32,000 nucleotides of DNA. It comes from an uncultured Eubacteriales bacterium. Its GTDB lineage: Bacteria > Bacillota > Clostridia > Oscillospirales > Acutalibacteraceae. The notes below the pieces were generated by a model, which was given only the letters and a program-made list of their open reading frames with translations, had not been told where the DNA came from and made no database searches. The number at the start of each line of letters is the position of its first letter. Within the stretch, counting starts at the first letter, position 1. Where the stretch lies: NCBI GenBank assembly GCA_934462705.1, contig CAKSIH010000003.1, positions 79,718 through 111,717 on the forward strand, read 5' to 3'. Shown one piece after another: positions 20,506 to 29,090 of this stretch. The translations under genes and the position numbers were made by a program.

Positions 20506-20829
20506 TCAAATAAGAATCTCAATTAAATCAATAACAACTTTTCTTTTTTGGCTGGAAAGTTTTCTAAATTGCTGAATAAAGGTTTTTTCTGCAATATTTA
20601 AATCAAACTTTTCGGTGGGTTCAATTTTATGCTTAATATCGGTATATCCAACTAGATAGTCAATGGAAGTATCAAAAATATCAGCGAGAGTCATAAGGGC
20701 TTCGATGTCTGGTTCAATGTAATTATTTTCATATTTATGTACGGATTGTTGAGTTACTCCAAGTGCATTAGCCAAAACTTGCTGCGTTAAACCGTGTTCT
20801 TTACGTAGAGACTTAATGTTAAAAGGCAT
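20506..20829 (-). CDS. XRE-family helix-turn-helix transcriptional regulator
   Basis: The HTH is LRKEHGLTQQVLANALGVTQQSVHKYENN. ATG 20829 is preceded by AGGAG. The 47 upstream codons in the track ORF are AT-rich read-through. Confidence 0.85.
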   Translation of the reverse strand: MPFNIKSLRKEHGLTQQVLANALGVTQQSVHKYENNYIEPDIEALMTLADIFDTSIDYLVGYTDIKHKIEPTEKFDLNIAEKTFIQQFRKLSSQKRKVVIDLIEILI

Positions 20830-21093
20830 ATTAAAAACACTCCTATAAAAATTTATAATTTTAATAAAGGTTACAAAACAGTAGATTAGTGCTAAGGTTA
20901 ATTTAAAATGTTGATTACAAAAACAGATTACAAAAAAATAATCAATAAAACCATTGTAACGAAAAAACATTGTAGATACAAGAGGAAATTTGTCAAGGTT
21001 AAAAAATAGAAAATGAGCAAATAAGAGAAAAGGTGAGTAAAAATGAGAAAACTAAAGAATAGACTAATGCAAATTAAAATAATAAAAAAGTTA

Positions 21094-21122
21094 TTGACTA
21101 AAAAAAAGTTTTATGGTAAAAT
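21094..21122 (+). promoter_or_regulatory. sigma-A type promoter for rplM-rpsI
   Basis: TTGACT (21094-21099), a 17-nt spacer and TGG-TAAAAT (extended -10, 21117-21122). Confidence 0.6.
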
Positions 21123-21163
21123 CAAAAAGTGAGAAAATAAATAAAAAATTAGGAGGAAAGAAA

Positions 21164-21592
21164 ATGACAACTTATATGCCAAAACAGCATGAAGTTACGC
21201 GTAAGTGGTATGTAATAGATGCAAAAGGAAAGCCGCTTGGAAGAGTAGCAGCAAAAGCAGCAACCTTGCTTCGTGGAAAACATAAACCAACATTTGCACC
21301 ACACGTTGATTGCGGGGACCATGTAATAATCATCAATTGTGGGGAAGCAAAATTAACAGGAAATAAGTTAACACAAAAATTTTATTATCGTCACACAGGA
21401 TACATTGGACATTTAAAAGAAATTCGGTATGACAGACTAATGGCAGAAAATCCTGAGAAAGCAATGATGTTAGCTGTAAAAGGTATGATTCCGGATACGA
21501 CAATAGGTCGACATGCACTAACAAGACTAAGAGTATACAGGGGCGCAGAGCATGTACACGCAGCGCAAAAACCCGAATCCTTAGAGATATAG
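21164..21592 (+). CDS. rplM: 50S ribosomal protein L13
   Basis: MTTYMPKQHEVTRKWYVIDAKGKPLGRVA is a typical uL13 N-terminus. AGGAGGAAAG lies upstream of ATG 21164. Confidence 0.95.
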   Translation: MTTYMPKQHEVTRKWYVIDAKGKPLGRVAAKAATLLRGKHKPTFAPHVDCGDHVIIINCGEAKLTGNKLTQKFYYRHTGYIGHLKEIRYDRLMAENPEKAMMLAVKGMIPDTTIGRHALTRLRVYRGAEHVHAAQKPESLEI

Positions 21593-21607
21593 GAAAGGAG
21601 AACCAAT

Positions 21608-22009
21608 ATGTACGATAAGGCACCATATTTTTACGGTACAGGAAGAAGAAAGAGTTCTGTTGCAAGAGTAAGAGTTTATAAGGGAACAGGCAAGATTACA
21701 ATTAACGATAGAGATATCGATGATTATTTTGGCCTGGAAACACTAAAATTAATAGTACGTCAACCATTGGTGCTAACAGAAACCAATGAAAAATTTGATA
21801 TAGTGTGCAGAGTTGCAGGCGGCGGCGTAACCGGCCAAGCAGGAGCAATTCGTCATGGAATATCAAGGGCATTATTACAATACGATTCAGAAAATTTAAG
21901 GCCAATACTCAAAAGGGCTGGCTTCTTAACACGTGACCCAAGAATGAAGGAACGTAAGAAATACGGACTAAAAGCAGCTCGTCGCGCTCCGCAGTTCAGC
22001 AAAAGATAA
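21608..22009 (+). CDS. rpsI: 30S ribosomal protein S9
   Basis: 133 aa with the motifs [12 protein letters not shown] and [19 protein letters not shown] and the C-terminal [17 protein letters not shown]. Confidence 0.96.
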   Translation: MYDKAPYFYGTGRRKSSVARVRVYKGTGKITINDRDIDDYFGLETLKLIVRQPLVLTETNEKFDIVCRVAGGGVTGQAGAIRHGISRALLQYDSENLRPILKRAGFLTRDPRMKERKKYGLKAARRAPQFSKR

Positions 22010-22044
22010 TCGACTGTCCAAACAGTCTCAAAATGGTTCAAAAA

Positions 22045-22076
22045 CCCCGGAAAATCAGGATTTTCCGGGGTTTTAT
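22045..22076 (+). terminator. intrinsic terminator after rpsI
   Basis: An 11-bp stem CCCCGGAAAAT/ATTTTCCGGGG with a 4-nt loop, followed by TTTTATT. Confidence 0.8.
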
Positions 22077-22659
22077 TGTACCCAAACGGGCCAAAATAAT
22101 TTGACGTGATTTGGGTTAATGAGAATCGTGCGCGCTCGCTCAATTGTAGAAAGTTATGGAGATAACATATGAGCTAAGATAAATTGGTTTTTATGAATGG
22201 TGACAAGTAAAAGTATGTTGTGGATTGGAAGGAACAGGAGCAGAGCAAACATTTTCACGAAAGGCCGATGGATTGACAGGAACATGGGCAGCAGTGAGAG
22301 CGGTCTTGTAGAAGTCAGCCAAAACCAGAATACAAAAAGACAGTGCCAAAAGAAGACAATTATTGACATTTATACGAAGGTCAAGTACAATAAACCAAAA
22401 GACTTTGGGTTTAGTGAATAAATCACTCGGTCAAAATGTCCCAGAATATCTGAATTCACAGAAATATCATGTCCGAATAAAAATTTACAGTGTGCCGTAT
22501 GATATTCTAGGTATTATTTAAACTGTATATTTTTTATTTTGCAACTGGCATCAAATTAATGCTGGTTGCAAAGGATAAGATAAAATATAGGGAAATAACC
22601 GTTAATTGAATGCTGTTTTTATCAGTTATAATGTTTTTTCAGTGGCAGGTGTAAGATAA

Positions 22660-24270
22660 ATGAAAAAAATAATTATTATAGGTTCCGGTGCTGCAGGCTT
22701 AAGTGCAGCTTTGGAGCTTGCAGAAAATGGATTTCAGTCAATACTTGTGTCGGACATGCCATCGGAGAGAGCCCAGTCGGTTATGGCAGAAGGGGGAATC
22801 AACGCGGCAGCAAATAACGAGATAGATTCTCCAAATCTTCATGCAGAAGAGACCATTAAAGCTGGCAGATATATTGTGAATCCGAAAGCCATATATCAGA
22901 TGACAGAAGCTGCTCCTGAAATTATAGAGAATTTATTTTCAACAGGGATGTCATTTACACTTAATAAAGATAAAAAACCAGATGTAAGAGCTTTTGGTGG
23001 ACAGTCTGTAAAAAGAACGTTTTTTGCGGCAGCAAATACCGGAAAGCAGCTTATGTATGTCCTAATTGACCAGGTTCGTAAATATGAAGCTGTAGGGTTA
23101 ATTGAGCGTATGTGTGGTTGGACATTTTTAAAACTATTGTATTGTGATAATCAGGCCTATGGTTGTATCCTTTTTCATCCGATCACGTTGGAAAAAAAGT
23201 ATGTTTATGGAAAAATAATTATTGCATCCGGCGGTCTTAATGGAATGTTTGGAAACGCCACTGGGTCAGTAAAAAACACAGGATCAGTTACCGCAAACCT
23301 GTTCTCTTCTGGGGTTAAATTTGCTAATGGTGAATTTATTCAGTATCATCCGACGACAGTAAAATTATATGGAAAAAATATGTTGATTACAGAAGCTGTG
23401 CGTGGAGAGGGTGGCCGCCTTTATGTATTGGATAATGGCAACCCAATTTATTTCATGGAGGAAAAGTATCCTGAGCTTGGTAATTTAATGCCGAGAGATG
23501 TGATTGCAAAGGAAGAATGGATGCAAATTAAGCGTGGGAAAAAAATATACCTTGATATGCGGTATCTTGATGCTATGGTTTATGAGAGCAAATTAGAAGG
23601 AGTTATTAATGATTGTATCCGTTTCCTGAATCTTGATCCGAGAAAAGAGCCGATTCCAATCCTTCCAGGAATACACTATTTTATGTGCGGAATATGGGTG
23701 GATGCAGATCATCGCACGTCAATGAAAAATCTTTATGCGTCAGGAGAGTGTGCGTGCCAGTATCATGGAGCAAACCGACTAGGAGGTAATTCTCTTCTTG
23801 GGGCTTTATATGGAGGAAGAGTTGCAGCAAGGTCAGCACTGGAAGATGAAGAAGTATCAGAATGTCTAGATATTGAGGATAAGATTCCCAAAAATAAAAA
23901 CAATGTTTCAGGCAGTTATACAAAAAATTGGAAGTGCATGCAGAGCGTGCTAAAAAATGGACTTTGCATCGACCGAAATGAAGAATCGCTAAAGAATGCA
24001 GTGGCAAAGCTGGACAGGATTGTGGAAAGGCTTGACAAAGAATATGATGATACAGCGACAGAAGCAGAAAATCTGGCAATTTTTGATTGCTGTGTATTAG
24101 GAAAAGCAATGTTACTATGCGCATTGGAAAGAAAAGAAAGTAGGGGTGCACATAACAGGAGTGACTATCCGACAGAAAACGAGGAATATCGGAAGCAAAC
24201 TGTGGCAGAGCTTGTGAAGGGAATAATTCGTATTTATTTTCAAAAGGTGGGTGATGAAAATGACAATTGA
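22660..24270 (+). CDS. FAD-dependent succinate dehydrogenase/fumarate reductase flavoprotein-like subunit
   Basis: Dinucleotide fold IIIGSGAAGLSAALELA, plus the motifs YHPTT, ITEAVRGEGGRLY, HYFMCGI and GANRLGGNSLLGA. The site of the covalent-FAD His reads RAQSVMAEGGINAA, with Gln in place of His. Confidence 0.85.
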   Translation: MKKIIIIGSGAAGLSAALELAENGFQSILVSDMPSERAQSVMAEGGINAAANNEIDSPNLHAEETIKAGRYIVNPKAIYQMTEAAPEIIENLFSTGMSFTLNKDKKPDVRAFGGQSVKRTFFAAANTGKQLMYVLIDQVRKYEAVGLIERMCGWTFLKLLYCDNQAYGCILFHPITLEKKYVYGKIIIASGGLNGMFGNATGSVKNTGSVTANLFSSGVKFANGEFIQYHPTTVKLYGKNMLITEAVRGEGGRLYVLDNGNPIYFMEEKYPELGNLMPRDVIAKEEWMQIKRGKKIYLDMRYLDAMVYESKLEGVINDCIRFLNLDPRKEPIPILPGIHYFMCGIWVDADHRTSMKNLYASGECACQYHGANRLGGNSLLGALYGGRVAARSALEDEEVSECLDIEDKIPKNKNNVSGSYTKNWKCMQSVLKNGLCIDRNEESLKNAVAKLDRIVERLDKEYDDTATEAENLAIFDCCVLGKAMLLCALERKESRGAHNRSDYPTENEEYRKQTVAELVKGIIRIYFQKVGDENDN

Positions 24271-24934
24271 AATATTAGTAAAAAGACAAAAATCCCCAAA
24301 GGAAAGCTCATATATTCAAAAGTTTATATATACAGGAAATGGTAATTTGACTGTTGCAGACTGGCTGACAGAAGTAAACCAAAATGAAGCTAAGCTTAAT
24401 CGCATTGCGTGGGAATGTGGCTGCCTTGAAAAAAAGTGTGGTGCTTGTGCCATGCGCATTAATGGATACCTGACTCTTGCATGCAGCGTGTTTTTAAAAG
24501 ATATAAATAAACACGGGAAAATTGTTTTAGAGCCTTTTCATAAATTTCCAATTGTGAAGGATCTTATTGTTGATAGAAGTACAATGTTTCATAAAATGAA
24601 GGAAATGAAAGTATGGATGGATGAAAAAGCTTCGTCAGACTTTTTATGGAACAGGGATTTACAGCGTAAAGCGGGGCAGTGCTTGCAATGTGGCTGTTGC
24701 CTTGAAGTTTGCCCTATTTTTTTTGCGGGCGGTAAATTCAGTGGTGCATCTGCCATGATAGAAGCATATCGGGCAATTGAGCAAAATTCAAAAAATGAAC
24801 ATAAAGAAGATATGATAAAAGAGTATAGAGATAAGTTTTTTTTAGATTGTAGACAATGCTTTTTGTGCAAATCAGTTTGTCCACAGAAATTGCCTTTGGA
24901 TGAAATTATGGCAAGGGCTAACAGTAATAAATAA
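24260..24934 (+). CDS. SdhB/FrdB-like iron-sulfur subunit
   Basis: 2Fe-2S pattern CGCLEKKCGACAMRINGYLTLAC and two CxxCxxCxxxCP motifs (CLQCGCCLEVCP and CRQCFLCKSVCP). ATG 24260 lies 9 nt after AAGGTGG. Alternative starts are at 24251 and 24254. It overlaps the flavoprotein stop. Confidence 0.82.
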   Translation: MTIEILVKRQKSPKESSYIQKFIYTGNGNLTVADWLTEVNQNEAKLNRIAWECGCLEKKCGACAMRINGYLTLACSVFLKDINKHGKIVLEPFHKFPIVKDLIVDRSTMFHKMKEMKVWMDEKASSDFLWNRDLQRKAGQCLQCGCCLEVCPIFFAGGKFSGASAMIEAYRAIEQNSKNEHKEDMIKEYRDKFFLDCRQCFLCKSVCPQKLPLDEIMARANSNK

Positions 24935-25005
24935 GGGTTATGCTTTATAAAGAACAACTTCGACAAATTTCAGTTTGTAAAAAGGATAGATTAACTCATC
25001 GTTGA

Positions 25006-25039
25006 GCAGGGAATTTTTTTTGTTTCCTGCTTTTATTTT
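25006..25039 (+). terminator. probable terminator after the Fe-S subunit gene
   Basis: Stem GCAGGGAA/TTTCCTGC (one G-U pair), followed by TTTTATTTT. Confidence 0.45.
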
Positions 25040-25758
25040 GCTCAAAAATTATATAATGATAGAACCCACTACGCAAATTAAAACCGAAATATATGCTGTG
25101 GATAATAAATTACCATTACCGTCTTTGCATGAGGGGTGAAATTTTGTTTTTTCAGTTAAGGTTCCTTGACGCTTCAAATAAGTTTGAAATTAGGAGTTAG
25201 CAAAAATTTTTTTTGGCCCTTATAATTACCTGTAAACGCAAACCTGCCAACAGTAATTTCAAGTGTATTATTGCAAAGAGCAAGGACAGAGTGCTGATTT
25301 TTAATACCTTTATTGATTACTGCTTTCATTTGGTTTAGTTACATTATAAAAAAAGAAGATATTAATAATTTTGTAAAATTTAAGCTATTTTCCAAATGCG
25401 TTTAAGATTGGTTATTATAAAATGTGTTAAATTTATTAATGCGAGATTTGATGCAAGGCAAGTAGCCATATAAAGTTGAGAAGCAAGTAAACTTAAAGGA
25501 TCTATTTTATATCTAATTTGAGAAAAAATAACAGTTAATTTTGAATAAGGCCCAGCGTGTAGGGAATTATAGGGACAGGAGGAGCAAAAGTGTAATGATT
25601 TGTAACTATTTTGTAACCTAAGAAATTCTACTACTTGCACAAATATTTAAAGAAAAAAACTGAACGAGGTTACAGAAAATTCCATTTTAAAATACAAAAC
25701 CTATCGTCAAAAGGACGAAAACGAAAAAAAGTGCACAAAAAACCCCAAAATTACAATT

Positions 25759-25787
25759 TTGACAATCAATGAAATATATAATATAAT
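25759..25787 (+). promoter_or_regulatory. consensus sigma-A promoter for the G5/3D-domain gene
   Basis: TTGACA (25759-25764), a 17-nt spacer and TATAAT (25782-25787). The leader to the TTG start is about 115 nt. Confidence 0.65.
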
Positions 25788-25908
25788 AAATATCGTTGCT
25801 GAAAAACAAAAAAACTTGCCCTTAGTTTGAGCAAGTAAAACTTAAAAATTTTGAAATGAAAATGTAATTTTTCGTAGCATTTCTTTTAAGTTAAAAGGAG
25901 GAGATTAT

Positions 25909-27141
25909 TTGACTATAAAAGAAAAAGCAAAACAGTTTTTATCTCAAAACAATAAGAAAGTGACAGCGGTTTTTATCATGACAGCAATGGGCCTGACTTC
26001 GGCTATTTCTGTGTCGGCTTTGAGTAGAGATGTAAACATCAAGGATGGCAACACCGTGATGACTACAAGAACAATTCAATCTGATATAAATAAAATTTTG
26101 GATAACGTCAAAATCAGTGTTTCAAATGATGATAAAGTTGAAACCGATTATTCGGTTCATGGTGTAATAAACATAGATATAAAGAGAGCTTTCACTGTCA
26201 ATTTAAATATTGGAAATGAGATAAAAGAAATTAAAGTGAACGATGGAACTGTTTGCGATCTTTTAAAATCAGAGAACATCATACTACCTGAGAATAAAAC
26301 AACAAATATTCCACTAAGTACAAAGTTGCAACCAAATATGAACATCAATATAGTTGATTTAATTAATATTACACTTGATATGGATGGAGATTTAAAACCT
26401 TTACAGGTGCCAATGGGATCTCTTGAAGATGCACTCGCGTTTTCGGGAATAACATTAAATGAAACATATGTCACATCGGTAAATAAGGATGCCATTGTAG
26501 AAAATGGCATGATCGTTATAGCAGGGCCGCTTGAAGAAAAAAATGAAGAAGAAATAGAACAAATTCCTTTCAATACGGTTCAAAAAAATACAGATACCTT
26601 GTTAAAGGGCAAAACTAAAATCGAGCAAAATGGCTCAAATGGCGAAAAATTAGTGCTAAACAAACGTAAATATATAGCAGGCAAGCTTGTTAAATCTGAA
26701 CGAGTAAGCGAATCTGTGATTAAACAGCCGGTTGATCAAGTAAAATTGCTTGGAACCAAGGTGGAACCAGTTGTTAAAAACTCCACTGTAACTGTAAATA
26801 CTGAAAACAAGACACTTACTGATTCAAACGGAAATGTATTGTCGTATGCTAAAGTTATAAAAGGCACATGTACGGCATATTCCAATAAATTTGGAAAAAC
26901 AACATCTACGGGTAGAGTTGCTAAACGAGGCGTTATAGCGGTGAACCCTAAGATTATACCATATGGAACCAAAGTATATATAAAGTCGCCAGATGGAAGA
27001 ATTGTCTACGGTCACGCAGTAGCTGGAGACACAGGTGGTTTTACTAAACATGGAAATGTTTTGGCGGATCTATGCTATGATTCTGAATCTGAATGCGATA
27101 GCTTTGGTAGAAGACAAATGGAAATATATATTTTAAACTAG
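25909..27141 (+). CDS. YabE-like cell-wall protein (N-terminal TM anchor, DUF348-like repeats, G5 domain, C-terminal 3D domain)
   Basis: TM segment VTAVFIMTAMGLTSAISVSAL. G5-like region IPFNTVQKNTDTLLKGKTKIEQNGSNGEKLV. 3D-domain tail GTCTAYS..STGRVAKRGVIAVNPKIIPYGTKVYI..AGDTGG. TTG start 7 nt after AAGGAGG. Confidence 0.82.
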   Translation: MTIKEKAKQFLSQNNKKVTAVFIMTAMGLTSAISVSALSRDVNIKDGNTVMTTRTIQSDINKILDNVKISVSNDDKVETDYSVHGVINIDIKRAFTVNLNIGNEIKEIKVNDGTVCDLLKSENIILPENKTTNIPLSTKLQPNMNINIVDLINITLDMDGDLKPLQVPMGSLEDALAFSGITLNETYVTSVNKDAIVENGMIVIAGPLEEKNEEEIEQIPFNTVQKNTDTLLKGKTKIEQNGSNGEKLVLNKRKYIAGKLVKSERVSESVIKQPVDQVKLLGTKVEPVVKNSTVTVNTENKTLTDSNGNVLSYAKVIKGTCTAYSNKFGKTTSTGRVAKRGVIAVNPKIIPYGTKVYIKSPDGRIVYGHAVAGDTGGFTKHGNVLADLCYDSESECDSFGRRQMEIYILN

Positions 27142-27149
27142 CCTCCTTT

Positions 27150-27183
27150 CCCTAAAAACGGAATATTCCGGATTTGGGTTTTT
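27150..27183 (+). terminator. intrinsic terminator after the G5/3D gene
   Basis: Imperfect hairpin CCC.AAA..CGGAA/TTCCG..TTTGGG, followed by TTTTT. Confidence 0.5.
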
Positions 27184-27194
27184 ATAAAAAATAA

Positions 27195-27230
27195 GGGCCC
27201 GCGGCGCACTATATTGCGCGCCGCGGGCCC
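27195..27230. other. second, extremely GC-rich hairpin directly after the first terminator
   Basis: A perfect 13-bp stem GGGCCCGCGGCGC/GCGCCGCGGGCCC with a 10-nt loop. It is flanked by an A-run on the left and a weak T-run on the right. Confidence 0.55.
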
Positions 27231-27513
27231 TACTCTTTTAGTTTAATAGCCTTTGTCTATAGTTATATGCTCTGTCTAATTATTAAATCCAATTATTGCT
27301 CTCTTTTAACAGTTATTTGTTTTGCTAACCCGATATCTCTGTATATCCCCAATTTTGTTTGATCCACCCAATTATGTGATTGCCGAGAATGTCAGTGGTT
27401 GTCATATTAAAGTTTTGCTCATTTTCTATGTTACAACAAAATATTCTTTATAATTTGATGGTAATGTTATATAATAAGATATGATTTGACTTTATTAAAG
27501 AGGAGTGTTACAT

Positions 27514-28449
27514 ATGCCACTAGTAAATACAAAAGATATGTTTAAAAAGGCTTATGATGGGGGGTATGCAATAGGCGCGTTTAACGTGAACAATATGGAG
27601 ATTGTACAAGGAATTACAAAAGCGTGCAAGGAGCTAAATTCGCCGGTAATTTTGCAAGTTTCAGCTGGAGCACGAAAGTATGCAAGCCATGAATATTTAA
27701 TAAAATTGGTGGAAGCAGCTGTGAAAGAGACCCCTGTACCAATTGCGCTACACTTGGATCACGGGGACAGCTTTGAATTATGCAAAAGCTGTATAGATGG
27801 CGGATTCACCTCGGTTATGATAGATGGTTCACATCTTGATTATGAGGATAATATTGCACTTGCTAAGAAGGTTGTAGAATACGCACACCCTCGCAATGTT
27901 ACAGTGGAAGCAGAACTTGGTCAACTGGCAGGAATAGAAGATGATGTAAACGTTTCAGCCGAGGATGCATCATACACTAATCCAGCTCAGGTAGAGGATT
28001 TTGTGGAGCGCACAGGCGTAGATTCATTGGCAATTGCAATAGGAACAAGTCACGGTGCATACAAATTCAAACCGGGGCAGAAACCACAATTAAGGTTTGA
28101 TATATTGGAGGAAGTTGAAAACAGATTGCCGGGATTTCCGATAGTACTACACGGAGCATCATCGGTGATACCCGAATTTGTTGAAATGATAAATCGATAT
28201 GGCGGAAAAATGCCGGACGCAATTGGAATACCGGAAGAGATGCTTAGGCAGGCAGCCAAGAAAGCTGTATGCAAAATCAACATAGACTCAGATTTAAGAT
28301 TGGCGATGACGGCAACAATAAGAAAATATATGGCTGAAAATCCCAGTCACTTTGATCCCAGACAATATTTAGGGCCTGCAAGAGAGGCAATTTATAAAAT
28401 GGTTGTGCACAAAATTAATACCGTTTTGGGATGCGCAAATAAACTATAA
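27514..28449 (+). CDS. fba: class II fructose-1,6-bisphosphate aldolase
   Basis: MPLVNTKDMFKKAYDGGYAIGAFNVNNME and the motifs LHLDHG and GTSHGAYKF. ATG 27514 lies 8 nt after AAGAGGAG. The track GTG at 27505 lies within the RBS. Confidence 0.95.
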   Translation: MPLVNTKDMFKKAYDGGYAIGAFNVNNMEIVQGITKACKELNSPVILQVSAGARKYASHEYLIKLVEAAVKETPVPIALHLDHGDSFELCKSCIDGGFTSVMIDGSHLDYEDNIALAKKVVEYAHPRNVTVEAELGQLAGIEDDVNVSAEDASYTNPAQVEDFVERTGVDSLAIAIGTSHGAYKFKPGQKPQLRFDILEEVENRLPGFPIVLHGASSVIPEFVEMINRYGGKMPDAIGIPEEMLRQAAKKAVCKINIDSDLRLAMTATIRKYMAENPSHFDPRQYLGPAREAIYKMVVHKINTVLGCANKL

Positions 28450-28475
28450 AAAAAGCACCATATGGTGCTTTTTTG
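28450..28475 (+). terminator. intrinsic terminator after fba
   Basis: AAAAAGCACC-ATAT-GGTGCTTTTTT. Confidence 0.8.
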
Positions 28476-28582
28476 TAATTAAGTGAGAACATACTAAAAA
28501 TTTTAAAAATAAATCTATTTTATAAACATAATTAATTTTGGCTGTGTTATAATGATAGCGCCTATTTGAAAGGAGAATGAAT

Positions 28583-28659
28583 ATGTAATTTTTTTACAAA
28601 TAATCTTAGCGATTGTAATGCACGTAATTCCAGTGGAAGCATTTTTTATTTGCAATTGA
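28583..28659 (+). pseudogene. decayed 5' remnant of the secreted-paralog family (RBS plus signal-peptide fragment)
   Basis: AGGAGAATGAAT-ATG resembles the leaders of the intact copies. After the ATG there is an immediate TAA and a 1-nt shift. The shifted frame reads VIFLQIILAIVMHVIPVEAFFICN-stop, alignable to KKFLSIILAIAMIILPVGAISCFADG of copy 2. Confidence 0.6.
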
Positions 28660-28963
28660 AAAATAAAGTAATTTTGAGTTATTAAAGTGGAGACAAGCAG
28701 AGCGAAAAAGTAAGCATAGGTTAGTCTGTTTAAAGAAAAAGTGGTAATTATTTAGCAGAATTTTCATTGTTTAGTAAGAATGAAAGATTTTTAAATGTAC
28801 AAAGTGTAACTATATTAAATAAACATCTAAATTCAAGGATGTTGGATTTATTTTTGGGTTAAAATTTAAAATGGGAGAGGCCGTGCGCTGCAGGGATAGC
28901 ATTACACTTTATGTCAATATATTAGCTTGCATGTAATTTTTTATGATTTATAAGGTGTTTATA

Positions 28964-28992
28964 TTGAAATTATTGGTTGAATTGGTTATAAT
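28964..28992 (+). promoter_or_regulatory. sigma-A type promoter for the secreted-paralog array
   Basis: TTGAAA (28964-28969), a 17-nt spacer and TATAAT (28987-28992), about 100 nt upstream of copy 1. Confidence 0.55.
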
Positions 28993-29090
28993 AATAATAT
29001 ATGCATATATAAAAAGTTGGTTTTTTAATAAAAATCAACGAATCACAACCAAAATCTAAATTTTTAAATTTTACCCAAAGGAGAGTACAT

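Noticed and set aside
21043-21135. 30-aa basic ORF (MRKLKNRLMQIKIIKKLLTKKKFYGKIKK) with an AAGGTGAG upstream
   Set aside because: It is a low-complexity Lys/Ile peptide from an A-rich spacer, and it overlaps the rplM promoter. There is no supporting evidence.
22154-22421. ORFs 22154-22369 (minus, hydrophobic) and 22197-22421 (plus) in the rpsI-sdhA spacer
   Set aside because: Neither has an RBS and they mutually overlap. The minus ORF's hydrophobicity is the expected antisense of a purine-rich strand. The region is kept only as an unassigned, possibly transcribed spacer.
25097-25105. Perfect canonical DnaA box TGTGGATAA
   Set aside because: It is a single isolated copy with no neighbouring boxes. 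One exact 9-mer hit in 64 kb of two-strand sequence is within chance expectation.
25380-25640. 86-aa minus-strand ORF, and a 53-aa minus-strand ORF at about 25177-25338 (MKAVINKGIKNQHSVLALCNN...)
   Set aside because: Neither has a Shine-Dalgarno sequence or a recognisable motif, and both lie in very AT-rich DNA where such ORFs arise by chance.
20868-25680. Shared 15-mer AGGTTACAAAA(C/T)AGT upstream of the XRE gene (20868-20882) and, inverted, upstream of the G5/3D gene (25605-25619), plus AGGTTACA at 25667
   Set aside because: This was tempting as an XRE operator linking the two loci. However, the GGTTACAA core also occurs inside coding regions (about 3911-3922 in mnmG and about 30163-30175 in paralog copy 2). 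The match is therefore not clearly above background for this AT-rich genome.
25788-25908. Possible cyclic-di-AMP (ydaO-type) riboswitch in the leader of the YabE-like cell-wall gene
   Set aside because: The leader is only about 115 nt and very AT-rich. It has one short hairpin (ACTTGC/GCAAGT) and none of the conserved G-rich ydaO core segments that I could recognise.
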